Source: Oscillospiraceae bacterium
GTDB taxonomy: Bacteria > Bacillota > Clostridia > Oscillospirales > CAG-272
NCBI GenBank assembly: GCA_015063695.1
Contig: SVTQ01000008.1
Location: 5,116-69,115, forward strand
Direction of reading: 5' to 3'
Length of the DNA: 64,000 nt
The translations under genes and the position numbers were made by a program. The notes under the pieces were generated by a model. That model was not told the origin of the DNA, searched no databases, and was given only the letters and a program-made list of their open reading frames with translations. Of the stretch, positions 25,409 to 36,300 are shown one piece after another. The stretch's first letter is position 1; every line of letters starts with the position of its first letter.

Positions 25409-26032
25409 TCAATACTCAAACCCGAAAGCCTCCGACAGCACCTCAAGAAATCTGAATCTTATTTTATATTTAAGCCCCGAGTTATTCTTTATAAGTTTAT
25501 ACTGCTCCGAGGAAAATCCTGCCGCAAGGAATTCCTCCTCGGCCTCGCCTTCGGAGGCGGCGGTGCAAAGAGGCGGATAGAGAACGCACCACCAGTTCTT
25601 CCCCTCCCCTTCTCCGATAACTACTCTGAGGGACGTGTAAGTGCCGCTCGGCAAAGTAAAATTCTCGTAATAACGTGTCGGATACTTTTCCTTTCCGAAA
25701 TCTATCTTTACGCTATCCTCACACCCTTCAAGGCGGAGCACCTTTTCCGAAGCTTCAATTATCTCCTCTTCCATATCGGAGAGATTTGTTACCGCCTGCA
25801 CCTTGCTGTCGGCACTTCCTTTTTTCTCCACTGCTTCAAGAACAGCATCCCTTACAAGGAGCTTCAGTCTCTGATCGTCCTCGCTGTCGGAATTTGCGAT
25901 AACGTGAAGTCTCACCGTGTTCTCGTATATCTCCGTTTCATTCCCGACGGGCAGAAGGTTAAGTATACAATATACTCCCATCATAAGTACGCAAAAGCAA
26001 AGTATGAATTTAACTGTTTTGATATCCTGCAT
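25409..26032 (-). CDS. spoIIR: Stage II sporulation protein R
   Basis: RLHVIANSDSEDDQRLKLLVRDAV, YPTRYY..LPSGTY.SLRVVIGEGEGKNWWCVLYPPLC. Confidence 0.95.
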   Translation of the reverse strand: MQDIKTVKFILCFCVLMMGVYCILNLLPVGNETEIYENTVRLHVIANSDSEDDQRLKLLVRDAVLEAVEKKGSADSKVQAVTNLSDMEEEIIEASEKVLRLEGCEDSVKIDFGKEKYPTRYYENFTLPSGTYTSLRVVIGEGEGKNWWCVLYPPLCTAASEGEAEEEFLAAGFSSEQYKLIKNNSGLKYKIRFRFLEVLSEAFGFEY

Positions 26033-26058
26033 TTTAGTTTCTCCTTTTTAAGATATAC

Positions 26059-26088
26059 TATTGTGCCCCGATATCCAAATTTTTATTC
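26059..26088 (-). promoter_or_regulatory. Sigma-F-type promoter of spoIIR
   Basis: GAATA-15bp-GGGCACAATA; the -10 fits GGnnAnAnTW, and spoIIR is a known sigma-F target. Confidence 0.7.
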
Positions 26089-26158
26089 ATATATTGATTT
26101 ATTTTTCTGATGTGGTATACTTATATAAAGAACAATTCTTCAGAAAGGAGACTTCAAA

Positions 26159-27361
26159 GTGACCGCCACGGAAAAATATTTTCTTGAGCTTCTCGCATTC
26201 CACATAAACGGAAAAGAGCCTACAGAGACGGATTTTGACCCGTCGGAGCTTCTCTCCCTTGCAAGAAAGCACAAGCTTGTCCCCGTAATATACAGTGCGC
26301 TTAAAAAGGCAGGAGCCCCCCTTAGTACCGAAAACGAAGCACTTTTCAAAAACGGCGCAAGACTTGACTGTGCCCACGGCATCCGAAAAGAAGTTTCCTT
26401 TTATAAGCTTCTTTCCGACCTTGAAAAAAGTGATATCTCCCCCATCGTTGTAAAGGGCGTTATTCTGAGCAGCCTATATCCCGAGGCAAATACACGCTTC
26501 TCCACCGACCAGGATCTTCTCTTTACAAAGGAGGATTTAAAAAAAGCGGAGGAGGTTTTTAAAGAAAACGGTCTCATAAAAAATGACCGTGCCGAAGACG
26601 ACACGGTGCAGGCGTATATGAGCCCCGTCAGCGGACTTTACATAGAGGCACACACAAGCCTTTTCCCCGAATATCCTTCCCATAACGCGGCTATGAATAA
26701 AATGTTTAATGCCGCCTTTGAAAACAGCATTTACGAGGTCATAGGCGGTGCACGCATCCGCACACTCTGTCCCACGAAGCACCTTCTCTTCCTTATACTT
26801 CACAGCTTCAAGCATTTCGTATACTGCGGCTTCGGCATCCGTCAGATAACAGACTTTATAGTCTACGCTGCAGCAAATAAGGAAAAAACAGACTCAAAAA
26901 TGATCCTTGAAAGCCTTGAAAGGGTAAACGCCCTCGGATTTTTCGATGCCATTCTTTGCATCTGCCGAGAGCACTTCGGATATTCTCCGGAAGAATTAGG
27001 CTTTGAAGGCTATGAACCCGAAGCATACGACGTCACCGACATGACCCTCGACGTTCTCTCGGGCGGAGCCTACGGCAACAGCACGAAGGAAAGACTTCAC
27101 AGCTCAAAGACCACTCTCGCCGCCGCAGACGGGAAGAAAACAAACGGCATGACAGCTTCCCTTTTCCCGCCCCTTGCCGCAATGAAGAGCAGCTTCCCCT
27201 ATCTTTCAAAGCACCCCTATCTCCTTCCTGCCGCATGGGTCGTGAGAATTTTCTCTCATTTTAAAAAAGACAAAAAAGAGCGCGCGTTCACTGCAGGCAA
27301 GTCTCTTGAGATCGGAAAAGTGAGACTTGAAATGATGCGAAAGTACAAAATCATAAAATAA
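26159..27361 (+). CDS. Nucleotidyltransferase family protein (NTP_transf_5-like)
   Basis: VVKG..L..LYP....R.STDQDLL, IEAHTSLF, HSFKHF...GFGIRQITD. Confidence 0.78.
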   Translation: MTATEKYFLELLAFHINGKEPTETDFDPSELLSLARKHKLVPVIYSALKKAGAPLSTENEALFKNGARLDCAHGIRKEVSFYKLLSDLEKSDISPIVVKGVILSSLYPEANTRFSTDQDLLFTKEDLKKAEEVFKENGLIKNDRAEDDTVQAYMSPVSGLYIEAHTSLFPEYPSHNAAMNKMFNAAFENSIYEVIGGARIRTLCPTKHLLFLILHSFKHFVYCGFGIRQITDFIVYAAANKEKTDSKMILESLERVNALGFFDAILCICREHFGYSPEELGFEGYEPEAYDVTDMTLDVLSGGAYGNSTKERLHSSKTTLAAADGKKTNGMTASLFPPLAAMKSSFPYLSKHPYLLPAAWVVRIFSHFKKDKKERAFTAGKSLEIGKVRLEMMRKYKIIK

Positions 27362-27376
27362 CGGATATATAATAAT

Positions 27377-27838
27377 ATGGAAGAAAAAAATTTTGTCTTC
27401 ACAACAGACTCCTTTAAGGAGAGCGTCATCCCCCTTATCGACGAGGGGCTGACCGTACCGCTGAAGGTAAGCGGCTCAAGCATGGAGCCCTTCCTTGTTG
27501 ACGGACGGGACACGGTCTTTATTTCAAAACCGAAATTTCCCCTTAAAGTCGGCGATATTGCCTTCTTTGAACGAGAAAACGGGCGAATCGTAATGCACCG
27601 TATAAAAAGAATAAAAAAAGGCGACTACTATTTCATCGGCGATGCCGAGAAAGTAATCGAAGGCCCCGTTTCCGCAGAAAAGATCTTCGGTGTTGTAAGG
27701 AGTGTAAACAGAAAGGGAAAAACTGCCGATAAAAAGGACTTGACCTTTTGGTTTTTCAGAAATGTCTGGATAAGGATCATTCCCCTGCGCCCCTTCGCGC
27801 TGAAGGTATATGAAGGACTTTTCAAAAAGAAAACATAA
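27377..27838 (+). CDS. S24/S26-family peptidase without a membrane anchor
   Basis: VSGSSMEPFL catalytic Ser, GDI..F, VMHRI, IGDA. Confidence 0.78.
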   Translation: MEEKNFVFTTDSFKESVIPLIDEGLTVPLKVSGSSMEPFLVDGRDTVFISKPKFPLKVGDIAFFERENGRIVMHRIKRIKKGDYYFIGDAEKVIEGPVSAEKIFGVVRSVNRKGKTADKKDLTFWFFRNVWIRIIPLRPFALKVYEGLFKKKT

Positions 27839-27974
27839 AGAGAACCCTAAGCCGTCTTACGACAGCTTGCGGAACCCTTGTCAAAGAGAACCCCAAGTCG
27901 TCTTGCGACAACTTGAGGACCCCTTGTCAAAGAGAACCCCAAGTCGTCTTGCGACAACTTGAGGACCCCTTGTC
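27837..27974 (+). repeat. Three tandem 46-bp GAGAACCCC...GGACCCC hairpin units
   Basis: Units at 27837, 27883 and 27929; units 2 and 3 identical; related to 1554, 2027, 43478, 43617, 47560 and 62674. Confidence 0.85.
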
Positions 27975-28024
27975 AATATAAAACCTCGGAATACCGTTTT
28001 GGAATTCCGAGGTTATCTTTTTTA

Positions 28025-29875
28025 TTAAACGTTTTGTTCGGCTCGCACGAAGGTAGGCGCGATCTCATGGAGCTTGTCCTCCACAAGTGTCATCATCGCT
28101 TCATCGCTGCAGTTATCGTCGCTGACGATATCCCATAGCTCATTAAGCTGTTTTTTTAGGACTTCGGAGTCAAAATCAATAGGTCTTCCCACGTGTATCT
28201 TTTTGTTGCTCGTGGTCCTTAGTCCCTCTTCGTTCATAAGAAGCTCTTCGTAAAGCTTTTCACCGGGACGGAGCCCGATAAACTCAATATCTATCTTCTT
28301 ACCTGCAAGACTTATCATCTTCTTTGCGAGGTCGACGATCTTGACAGGCTCACCCATATCAAGAATGAATATCTCACCGCCTGCCGCCATAGCTCCCGTT
28401 ACGAGAACAAGCTGAACCGCCTCGGGGATAGTCATAAAATATCTTATGATATCGGGATGGGTAACCGTTACGGGGCCGCCGTCGGCTATCTGCTTTTTGA
28501 ACAGCGGTATCACGGAACCGTTGGAGCCGAGAACGTTACCGAAACGAACGCAAGAGAAGGAGGTCTTGCAGTCCTTCGCCTCGTTCATGGACTGAATTAT
28601 CATTTCACAGACACGCTTAGTTGCACCCATGATATTCGTGGGGTTGACCGCCTTGTCCGTTGAGATCATGATAAACCTCGGAACCTTATTTACAAGAGCA
28701 GCCTTAGCCACGTTGTAGGTTCCGAAAATATTGTTCTTGACCGCTTCGGCAGGGGCGCTTTCCATAAGAGGAACGTGCTTGTGCGCCGCCGCGTGGATAA
28801 TAAGGTCGGGCTTATAAGTTCTTATAAGATGGTCCATTCTGGAATAGTCGCGCACAGAGGAGATTATGACCTTAAGATCAAGCTTTTCACCGTATTTACG
28901 GCGAAGCTCCATTTCAATATCGTAAGCGTTATTCTCGTAAATGTCAACGATAATAAGTCTTCGGGGACTGTTTGCTGCGACCTGACGGGAGAGCTCGGAG
29001 CCGATGGAACCGCCGCCGCCCGTTACGAGAACGGTCTTTCCGCAGATAAACGAAAGAACCTCATCGCTTATGACGCTCACGCACTCGCGGCCGAGAAGCT
29101 CGTCGGGAGTGATGTCACGAATTTTCTGAAGAAATTTCTGATTTTCAGTTTCAAAGTCGAGCAGCCCCGGCAGTATCTTTACCTCGATACCCGTCTTACT
29201 GCATCGTTCAAGAAGCTCCGCTCTTGCGGCATTTGTTGCCGAGGGGATAGCAATAACTATCTCTTCAACTCTGTATTTTTTTGCATACTTTTCAATGTCG
29301 GCAGAGGTGCCTGCAATATATAAGCCGTTTACTCTCTTACCAACCTTTGACGTGTCGTCGTCAATACCCACAACGGGAAGAATATCACATTTCCTTGCCG
29401 ATTTTATCTCGGCAAGCATCGTATAGCAGGCATGACCACAGCCGATTATCATTACTCTTTTCTTACCCGAGCCTATTCTTTTTGCACCCGTAACGTAGTC
29501 ACGGTAAACGCGGTAAAAAAGTCTGAGGGAAACAAGGGCAAATCCCGTGGTGGTCGCCACCAGCATATAGAAGTAGAAGGGTATCTTATCGTCAAAGACC
29601 CATCTGCTTATTACGAAATAAACTGCTCCCGCAGTTACCGAGGCTATCATGCACAGCAGAAATTCCCACGCTTCGGCATACTGCCAAAGGCTTCGGTATG
29701 TACCGAATATAAAGAGAACAACGAAATATATGGGAATAAGAGCACCGAGAGCTTCCATATAAAGTCCTTCGGCATTTATGTAAAGTCTGCAGTAGTGATA
29801 ACACAGATTAAACACCAGATATACAAGGAACATGTCCGCAAACATGAGAAGCATATCTCTTATCTTAATTCTCAA
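28025..29875 (-). CDS. Polysaccharide biosynthesis protein, CapD/PglF-like nucleotide-sugar 4,6-dehydratase
   Basis: Four N-terminal TM helices, TGGGGSIGSEL, HAAAHKHVP, STDKAV, RFGNVLGS, LRPGEKLYEEL; TTG start. Confidence 0.92.
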   Translation of the reverse strand: MRIKIRDMLLMFADMFLVYLVFNLCYHYCRLYINAEGLYMEALGALIPIYFVVLFIFGTYRSLWQYAEAWEFLLCMIASVTAGAVYFVISRWVFDDKIPFYFYMLVATTTGFALVSLRLFYRVYRDYVTGAKRIGSGKKRVMIIGCGHACYTMLAEIKSARKCDILPVVGIDDDTSKVGKRVNGLYIAGTSADIEKYAKKYRVEEIVIAIPSATNAARAELLERCSKTGIEVKILPGLLDFETENQKFLQKIRDITPDELLGRECVSVISDEVLSFICGKTVLVTGGGGSIGSELSRQVAANSPRRLIIVDIYENNAYDIEMELRRKYGEKLDLKVIISSVRDYSRMDHLIRTYKPDLIIHAAAHKHVPLMESAPAEAVKNNIFGTYNVAKAALVNKVPRFIMISTDKAVNPTNIMGATKRVCEMIIQSMNEAKDCKTSFSCVRFGNVLGSNGSVIPLFKKQIADGGPVTVTHPDIIRYFMTIPEAVQLVLVTGAMAAGGEIFILDMGEPVKIVDLAKKMISLAGKKIDIEFIGLRPGEKLYEELLMNEEGLRTTSNKKIHVGRPIDFDSEVLKKQLNELWDIVSDDNCSDEAMMTLVEDKLHEIAPTFVRAEQNV

Positions 29876-29914
29876 AACCTGACCTCCAAAATTCTAATAC
29901 CCGTATTGTCTAAA

Positions 29915-30628
29915 TTACTTGTAAAGGAGTTCTTTTTCTCGGTCACGAAGCTCTGCCGAAAGATCAGCGGAGAGCGAGCCCAGATATTTTTGCATTTTTT
30001 CGATACCGCTTTTATTCGTAAGAGCGGGGGAATGGACGTCACCGCCGAAAACAACGGGAAGTCCGCTTTTTATCACCTTTTTCATTTTTCCAAACAGTAA
30101 AAAGTTATTTGTCGCTTCACAGTTTATCTGAGGGATCACATCGCCGTTCAGAAAAACTTCTTCAAAGGCTATGGGATGAAAAAGCTTTGTGTATCTGTTT
30201 ATATGCGCCATAACGGGACGAACCTCGTGCTGATACATCACGTTATAGACCTCTTCCGTCTCCCATCCGCCAAAGGGGGCAAACTGAAGCTCAATGAGGA
30301 TACCTCCGTTTCCGAAGGAAAGCTTCTCAATATCCTTTATATCGCACAGTCCACGGTAGAGGGCAACCTCTGCGCCAAGATGAATTCTCGGGATGTCGGC
30401 TTCCCTCACTCCCTGTTTATAAATATGATCAAGAAGCTTTGAATAAGCCTCGTCGCGCCTTTCAAGAAAAGTCCTCACACTCTCGTGGCGCATGGAATAA
30501 TGGGGAGTTGCGCATACGTCGGTAATTCCAAGGGACTTTAAATACCGAAGGATGGCAAGGGACTCCTCGGGCCTTCTTGCCCCGTCGTCGATTCCCGGGA
30601 GAAAGTGGGAATGAAAATCAACTCTCAT
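29915..30628 (-). CDS. CpsB/CapC-like PHP-family tyrosine phosphatase
   Basis: DFHSHFLPGIDDG, ATPH, AHINRY, GDVH. Confidence 0.85.
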   Translation of the reverse strand: MRVDFHSHFLPGIDDGARRPEESLAILRYLKSLGITDVCATPHYSMRHESVRTFLERRDEAYSKLLDHIYKQGVREADIPRIHLGAEVALYRGLCDIKDIEKLSFGNGGILIELQFAPFGGWETEEVYNVMYQHEVRPVMAHINRYTKLFHPIAFEEVFLNGDVIPQINCEATNNFLLFGKMKKVIKSGLPVVFGGDVHSPALTNKSGIEKMQKYLGSLSADLSAELRDREKELLYK

Positions 30629-30680
30629 AATGTCCGCCTCCTTACATAGCGCGGTATACCGCGTTTATCTCCGGTCTGAA

Positions 30681-31439
30681 TTAATACCCATATTTCTTAT
30701 AATAGTATTTGCCGTATCTGCTGTACTTTCTGTTATAAGAAAGACCGATGGACTTATTGGTAGTGTTGGAAAGGAATGCGCCGAGAATATTTACGTTTGC
30801 AAGCTTTGAGCTCTCAACGGACTTCTTCAGGTGGTCGTGCTTACAGATAGAAGGACATACCGCAAGAAGGATACCTGCCGTATGAGGAGCAAAAGTCAGC
30901 GAATCGGACACCACGTTAAGCGGAGGGGTGTCGATAAGAACGTAATCGTAAAGCTCCGAAACCTCGGCGAGGAAGTTATGCATGGACTTTGAGCCGAGAA
31001 GCTCCGAGGGGTTTGAAGGGATCTTACCGGACGTAAGAAGGTCAAGATTAGGTCTTACTTCCTTCTTGACCGCAACGTCAAACATAGTCTCACCTACGAG
31101 AACGGTGGAAAGACCTCTTACGTTACTTGCGGAGAAAACTTTATTCTGAACGGGCTTTCGAAGGTCGGCATCCACAAGAAGAACAGATGCGCCCGTCTGG
31201 GCGAGAGCTATGGAAAGGTTTGCACTGGAAATGGACTTACCTTCGCCGGGAAGAGAGCTTGAAAGAACAACCACGTTGCCGAATTCAGCGGAGTCCTTTG
31301 CCGCCGCCATGGAGAACAGAAGATTTGTTCTCAGTGTCTTATATGCCTCGGCTATATAGAATGAGGTCTTGGAGCTGAGAAGCAGCTCGCCGCCATACTG
31401 TTTACCTTTTTTCTTAGTTGCGTTATTACTTATGTTCAT
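30681..31439 (-). CDS. CpsD/CapB-like BY-kinase
   Basis: EAYKTLRTNL, Walker A PGEGKS, DADLRKP, DTPP, C-terminal Tyr cluster. Confidence 0.92.
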   Translation of the reverse strand: MNISNNATKKKGKQYGGELLLSSKTSFYIAEAYKTLRTNLLFSMAAAKDSAEFGNVVVLSSSLPGEGKSISSANLSIALAQTGASVLLVDADLRKPVQNKVFSASNVRGLSTVLVGETMFDVAVKKEVRPNLDLLTSGKIPSNPSELLGSKSMHNFLAEVSELYDYVLIDTPPLNVVSDSLTFAPHTAGILLAVCPSICKHDHLKKSVESSKLANVNILGAFLSNTTNKSIGLSYNRKYSRYGKYYYKKYGY

Positions 31440-32157
31440 AATATGTACGGTACCTTTCTTTAGCCTTTACGTTGAAGTTGGGGATATCGCTGAGAACGGG
31501 AATTCCGTACTGAGCGGTAATTTCTTCCTTAGACTTGATGCGTGTATCAAGAAGATATGCAACCACGATAATTACAGCCGCAATAACTGCCGCCGCAACA
31601 CCGTATACGAAGGGCTGCTTGAAGGAAGGAAGATTTGTCTTTGCTGTGGGCACCTGAGCCTCATCAAGAATTTCAGCGGCACCAACCTTGATATTCTCTT
31701 TGAGGATATCGGGGACAACTACAAGAATTGCGTTGCAGACCTCAGCCGACTTGTTGGGATCGTCTGTGGTGCAGGTTATCTGCATGACTTCCGTTTCCTG
31801 AACGGAAGAAACGTTTATAGAGCCTCTGATCTCGGATGCCTTATATTTGCCGTCAAGCTGTTCAACGACCTTGTCGATAACCTTGTTTGTTTTGATAACG
31901 ACGCTGCAGGTCTCGATAAGCTTCTGCGCGTTGTAGGTATCGCTCGTGCTGTAAATATACTTTACATCGTTGGAGTTTGAAACGTACATCGTAGCAGAAG
32001 CAGTATAAAGAGGAACCTTAACCGTTTCCTTTGTGTAATAGATGTAGCCAAAGCACAGAGAAAAACACAGGATAAGGATCCAAAGGCTTCTGAGAAGAAG
32101 ACCGCCAAGGTCTCTGAAATCAATGTCAAAAATACTTTGACCGTTCTGTGTATTCAT
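31426..32157 (-). CDS. CpsC/Wzz-like polysaccharide co-polymerase
   Basis: Two TM helices, PLYTASATMYV, LDTRIKS..I..YGIPVL..IP. Confidence 0.87.
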   Translation of the reverse strand: MNTQNGQSIFDIDFRDLGGLLLRSLWILILCFSLCFGYIYYTKETVKVPLYTASATMYVSNSNDVKYIYSTSDTYNAQKLIETCSVVIKTNKVIDKVVEQLDGKYKASEIRGSINVSSVQETEVMQITCTTDDPNKSAEVCNAILVVVPDILKENIKVGAAEILDEAQVPTAKTNLPSFKQPFVYGVAAAVIAAVIIVVAYLLDTRIKSKEEITAQYGIPVLSDIPNFNVKAKERYRTYYEHK

Positions 32158-32218
32158 TTTTTACCTCGCTGATTAAATAGTTGTATGAAAAGCGGAAAGC
32201 CCGCTTGTTTGCCGATTT

Positions 32219-33247
32219 TTATACTCTTTTTTTAAGCCTTTTTACCGTCTTCAGAAGAGAGGCAAAAAGATACATAGCGTAGACTTTGCCTGCTGCGGCA
32301 AGCCTTGCCGTAAAGCGTACTCTGAAACTGTGTTTTTTCAGAATTTCTTTATTTATACGCCCTGTGTAGTACGTCTGTTTGCAAACGGTGTCAATGGCAG
32401 AAAGGCACTCTTTTTTGGAAAGGTCTTCTCTTCCCACCGCGTTCATTACAAAATCGTACACCGCAAGGGCGCACCTTCCCGAAAAGGCACTTTCAAGAAA
32501 GGTTAGACCGTATTTTCCCATAAGCTTTTCGCACTCTGCGAAAAACAGATTTGAATACTCAATTCTTTCTTCGAGGGACAGCTTCTTCTGAGTGAAGGAG
32601 TCGCCGTTGGCGAAGTATCTGTAGAAGAAATGGTTATTCAGAAAATACATTTTTGAAGCGCAGATCATGGCTTCAAGGGCAAAAACCGTATCTTCTCCCG
32701 AGCGAAGCGCGGGAAAAGCAATATTTCTTTCCTTAAGAAAGTCCGCCCTGTACAGCTTGTCGATAAAGCTGCAGAGAGCCGCATCCTTTCCGAGGAAAGC
32801 TTCTCCGAGGACACTGTAAAGCTCATCGCCCTCTACCTCACCCGAAAAAACGGTGCATTTCTGTATATGCTCGTTTTTTCCGTCGGTCCTCACAATTCCT
32901 GCGGAAACTATGTCCGCATCGTATTCTTCAGCCGCCGCCACAAGCTTTTCCACCGCATCGGATGTATATGTGTCGTCGCTGTCAAGAAACATAATAAAGT
33001 CTCCGCCTGCCGCCTCAATGCCGAAATTTCTTGCGGCAGAAACTCCGCGGTTTTCGGTTCGGAAAAACTTTATACGCAAGTCCTTTTTTGCATATTCCCG
33101 GCAGATATCAGCCGAATTGTCGGTGGAGCCGTCGTCAATGACTATCATCTCAAGATCTTCATAGGTCTGAGAAAAAAGAGACTCAAAGACCGCAGGCAAA
33201 AATTCTGCCGTGTTGTACACGGGGACTATAATACTAACTTTTTTCAT
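32219..33247 (-). CDS. GT2-family glycosyltransferase
   Basis: VSIIVPVYN, IDDGSTD, GVSAARN, FLDSDD, GED. Confidence 0.9.
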   Translation of the reverse strand: MKKVSIIVPVYNTAEFLPAVFESLFSQTYEDLEMIVIDDGSTDNSADICREYAKKDLRIKFFRTENRGVSAARNFGIEAAGGDFIMFLDSDDTYTSDAVEKLVAAAEEYDADIVSAGIVRTDGKNEHIQKCTVFSGEVEGDELYSVLGEAFLGKDAALCSFIDKLYRADFLKERNIAFPALRSGEDTVFALEAMICASKMYFLNNHFFYRYFANGDSFTQKKLSLEERIEYSNLFFAECEKLMGKYGLTFLESAFSGRCALAVYDFVMNAVGREDLSKKECLSAIDTVCKQTYYTGRINKEILKKHSFRVRFTARLAAAGKVYAMYLFASLLKTVKRLKKRV

Positions 33248-33344
33248 CTTCAGTCTGTGGTCGGGCGGCGGAAAACTCCGCCGCCGACCGTCATTTTATT
33301 ATTCCGTCACTACTCTCCGAGGCAAGACCTCGAAAGATCCGTCT

Positions 33345-33365
33345 GTAGGGGAGGGGGCCCTCCCG
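33345..33365 (+). repeat. GTAG-type REP (short)
   Basis: GTAGGGGAGGGGGCCCTCCCG. Confidence 0.65.
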
Positions 33366-33381
33366 CCTTAAAAATTCAATT

Positions 33382-36300
33382 TTACGCTCTTGACATCTGA
33401 ACCTTTACAGAGCCGATTTCAAGCTCGATCTCACCTGTATAGTCAGCGCTTGCAAGAGGAGCATCACTGATGCTTGCAAGAAGCTCGGCTTCGATATATT
33501 CCTTGTTTGCGGAAATGATCTCGGCCGCCTTGCCTTCTGCTTCAAAGTATACGCTTATGCTGTCGGATACGTTGAAGTCAGCATCCTTTCTGCATACCTG
33601 GCACTGACGGAGAATGTCGCGGAGGAAGCCTTCCGCAAGAAGCTCTTCAGTTACGTTCATGTCAAGACTTACGATATAGCCGCCATCCTTAACGATGGAG
33701 ATATTGGGCTTGGAAACTGCAGTGAGAGTAAAGAGCTCTGCGGGCATTTCCTTATCGTAACCGGGAACTGTTACCATAGCCCCTGCTTCGATGGAAGCTA
33801 CAACTGCCGCCATAGCATCAGCATCAAGCTCCTGAAGCATACCCTTTACCTTGTTTACGTCACCCTTGAGGAAAGCACCTGCCTTTCTGAAATCGAGACC
33901 TGCAAGCTTAACTTCAAGTGCGTTTGTATTTTCAAGAACAACAAGGTTCTTAACATTTACTTCACCCAGCATGATGGAAACGAGAGCTTCGTCGATCTCG
34001 ACTTTTCCGTCTTCGCGGCAGAGGTAGAGGTTTGCGAGAGGCTGACGGATACGGCACTGCTTTTCGTTTCTGAGCTTGAGAACGAGGGAGATGATGTTTC
34101 TTACTTCGTCAACGCTGTCGATAACAGAAGAGAATTCTTCAACGCCTTCCATAACTGTGGGCCATTCTGTAAGGTGAACGGATTCTGCGCTCTCTGTTGA
34201 ATAGCGGAGAACGACTTCCTGCCATACGTGCTCTGTCATGAAGGGGATGATGGGAGCCATGACCTGAGTTATGGTCTTTATTGCGTACATCATTACGGTG
34301 TAAGCTGTCATCTTGTCCTCTGTATCTTCTACCTTCCAGAAACGTCTGCGGTTTACACGGATATAGAAGTTGGAGATATCGTCAACTACCTTTTCATAGT
34401 AAGCAACAAGGTCCTTTGTGGAGTAGGACTCCATAGCTTCCGTTGCGCGTCTTACAAACTCGTTAACGAGAGCGATGAGCCAACGGTCAACGAGGCAGAG
34501 CTTGGAAACGTCGATGGAATTAAGGTCTACCTTCGGCTTGTCGATCTCAGCGTAGGTTGCAAAGAATGTGGAGAGGTTCCAGTAAGCGAGAAGCTTTCTC
34601 TTTGCGCCGTCACCGAGGTTGAAGCCGTATCTTACGTCGTTTGTGATGGGAGCTGCCGCGTAGATATATCTTGAGGGGTCAGCGCCGACCTTGTCAGCAG
34701 CCTCGTCAAATCTTATCATAAAGCCTGTCTTGGAGAAGCGGCTTCCGTCCTCTGCGGTTACCATACCGTAGGTTCCGACCTGCTCGTAGGGAGGCTCGTC
34801 GATAAGAACCGTACTCATAAAGAGCATGGAATAGAACCAGAGACGGATCTGTTCCTTCATTTCAACAACGTACTCTGCAGGGAAATACTGCTTCCAGTAT
34901 TCCTTATCTTCGAAATACTTAAGTGTGGAGAAAGGAACGATACCTGCGTCAAGCCAAACGTCACCGACCTGAGTAACTCTTGTTACGGGCTTTCCGCAGT
35001 GAGGACAGGTGATGTGAATTTCATCGATCCAGGGTCTGTGGAGATGAGGAATAGCATCAACGAGATCCTTCTCGATAGCCTTTTCTCTCAGCTCTTCCTT
35101 GGAGCCGATAACGGTTACGTGACCGCATTCTTCACAGTTATAGAAAGGCAGGGGCAGACCGTAGAAACGCTTTCTGGAAATGTTCCAGTCTGTCATGTTG
35201 TTGAGCCAGTCAAGCATTCTCTTGCCCTGATAGGGGGGATTCCACTTTACCTTTTCCGCATTTCTGATAAGACGGGGACGAAGCTCTTCAACGTCGATAG
35301 CCCATTCCTTAACACAGCGGAAGAGAATTTCCGTCTTACATCTCCAACAAACGGGATAGCTGTGAACGATCTTATGTGTGTAGAACAGCTTGCCGCGATT
35401 TTTCAGCTCTTCAAATACTTCGTCACGGATGTCGTGTGCGCTCTTGCCTGCGAACATTCCGCAGCCTGCGCTCATGATACCGTATTCGTCGATGGGGATA
35501 AGAACGTCAAGACCTTCGCGCTTACCGAGCTCAAAGTCTTCGGCACCGCAGCCGGGAGCGATATGAACAACGCCGCAGCCTTCATCGTCGAGAACGTCTT
35601 CCCAGGGAACGATCTTGTGGTCAACGCCTGCCTGAATGCCGAATTCGGGGAAGCATGTTTCGTAGTGGAGACCGACAAGGTCGGCACCCTTGAATTCTTC
35701 AGCAATCTCGTACTTGCCTTCGAACTTGCCCTTGTAGTAGGTCTTGCCCATGATGAGCTTCTGACCTTCGTCTGTTATCATGGAAACGTAGGTCAGCTCA
35801 GGGTTAACCGCGAGAGCAACGTTGGACGTGAGTGTCCAGGGAGTTGTAGTCCAAACGAGCATGTAAGCATCCTTCTCAACGAGAGGAAGCTTGATGAACA
35901 CTGCCGTATGCTCTATCTCCTTATAAGAGCCGGACATTTCGTGCTCGGAGAGGGACGTACCGCAACGGGGACACCAGGGCATAGGCTTATGTACCTGCTT
36001 GATCCAGCCGTTATCGTCACACTTCTTGAGGAATGCCCAGATACCTGTGATATTGGAATCCTTGTAGGTGTAGTAGGAGTTATCCCAATCCATCCACTGA
36101 CCGAGACGCTTGGACTGCTCGGTGATGATGCCGGAATACTTCTTTACTCTTTCGATACACTTGTCTGTGAACTTATCAAGACCGTATTCTTCGATATCCT
36201 TCTTGCTTTCGAAGCCAAGTTCCTTTTCAACTTCAACTTCTACCCAGAGACCCTGACCGTCAAAGCCGTTGCGGTAGTGAGTGTCATAACCCTGCATAGC

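Noticed and set aside
26159-27838. Lasso peptide or other RiPP cluster
   Set aside because: No lasso cyclase, RRE/PqqD protein, B2 protease or precursor peptide nearby.
27837-27974. Possible CRISPR array (also 43617-43704)
   Set aside because: Units are head-to-tail with no unique spacers, and there are no cas genes in the window.
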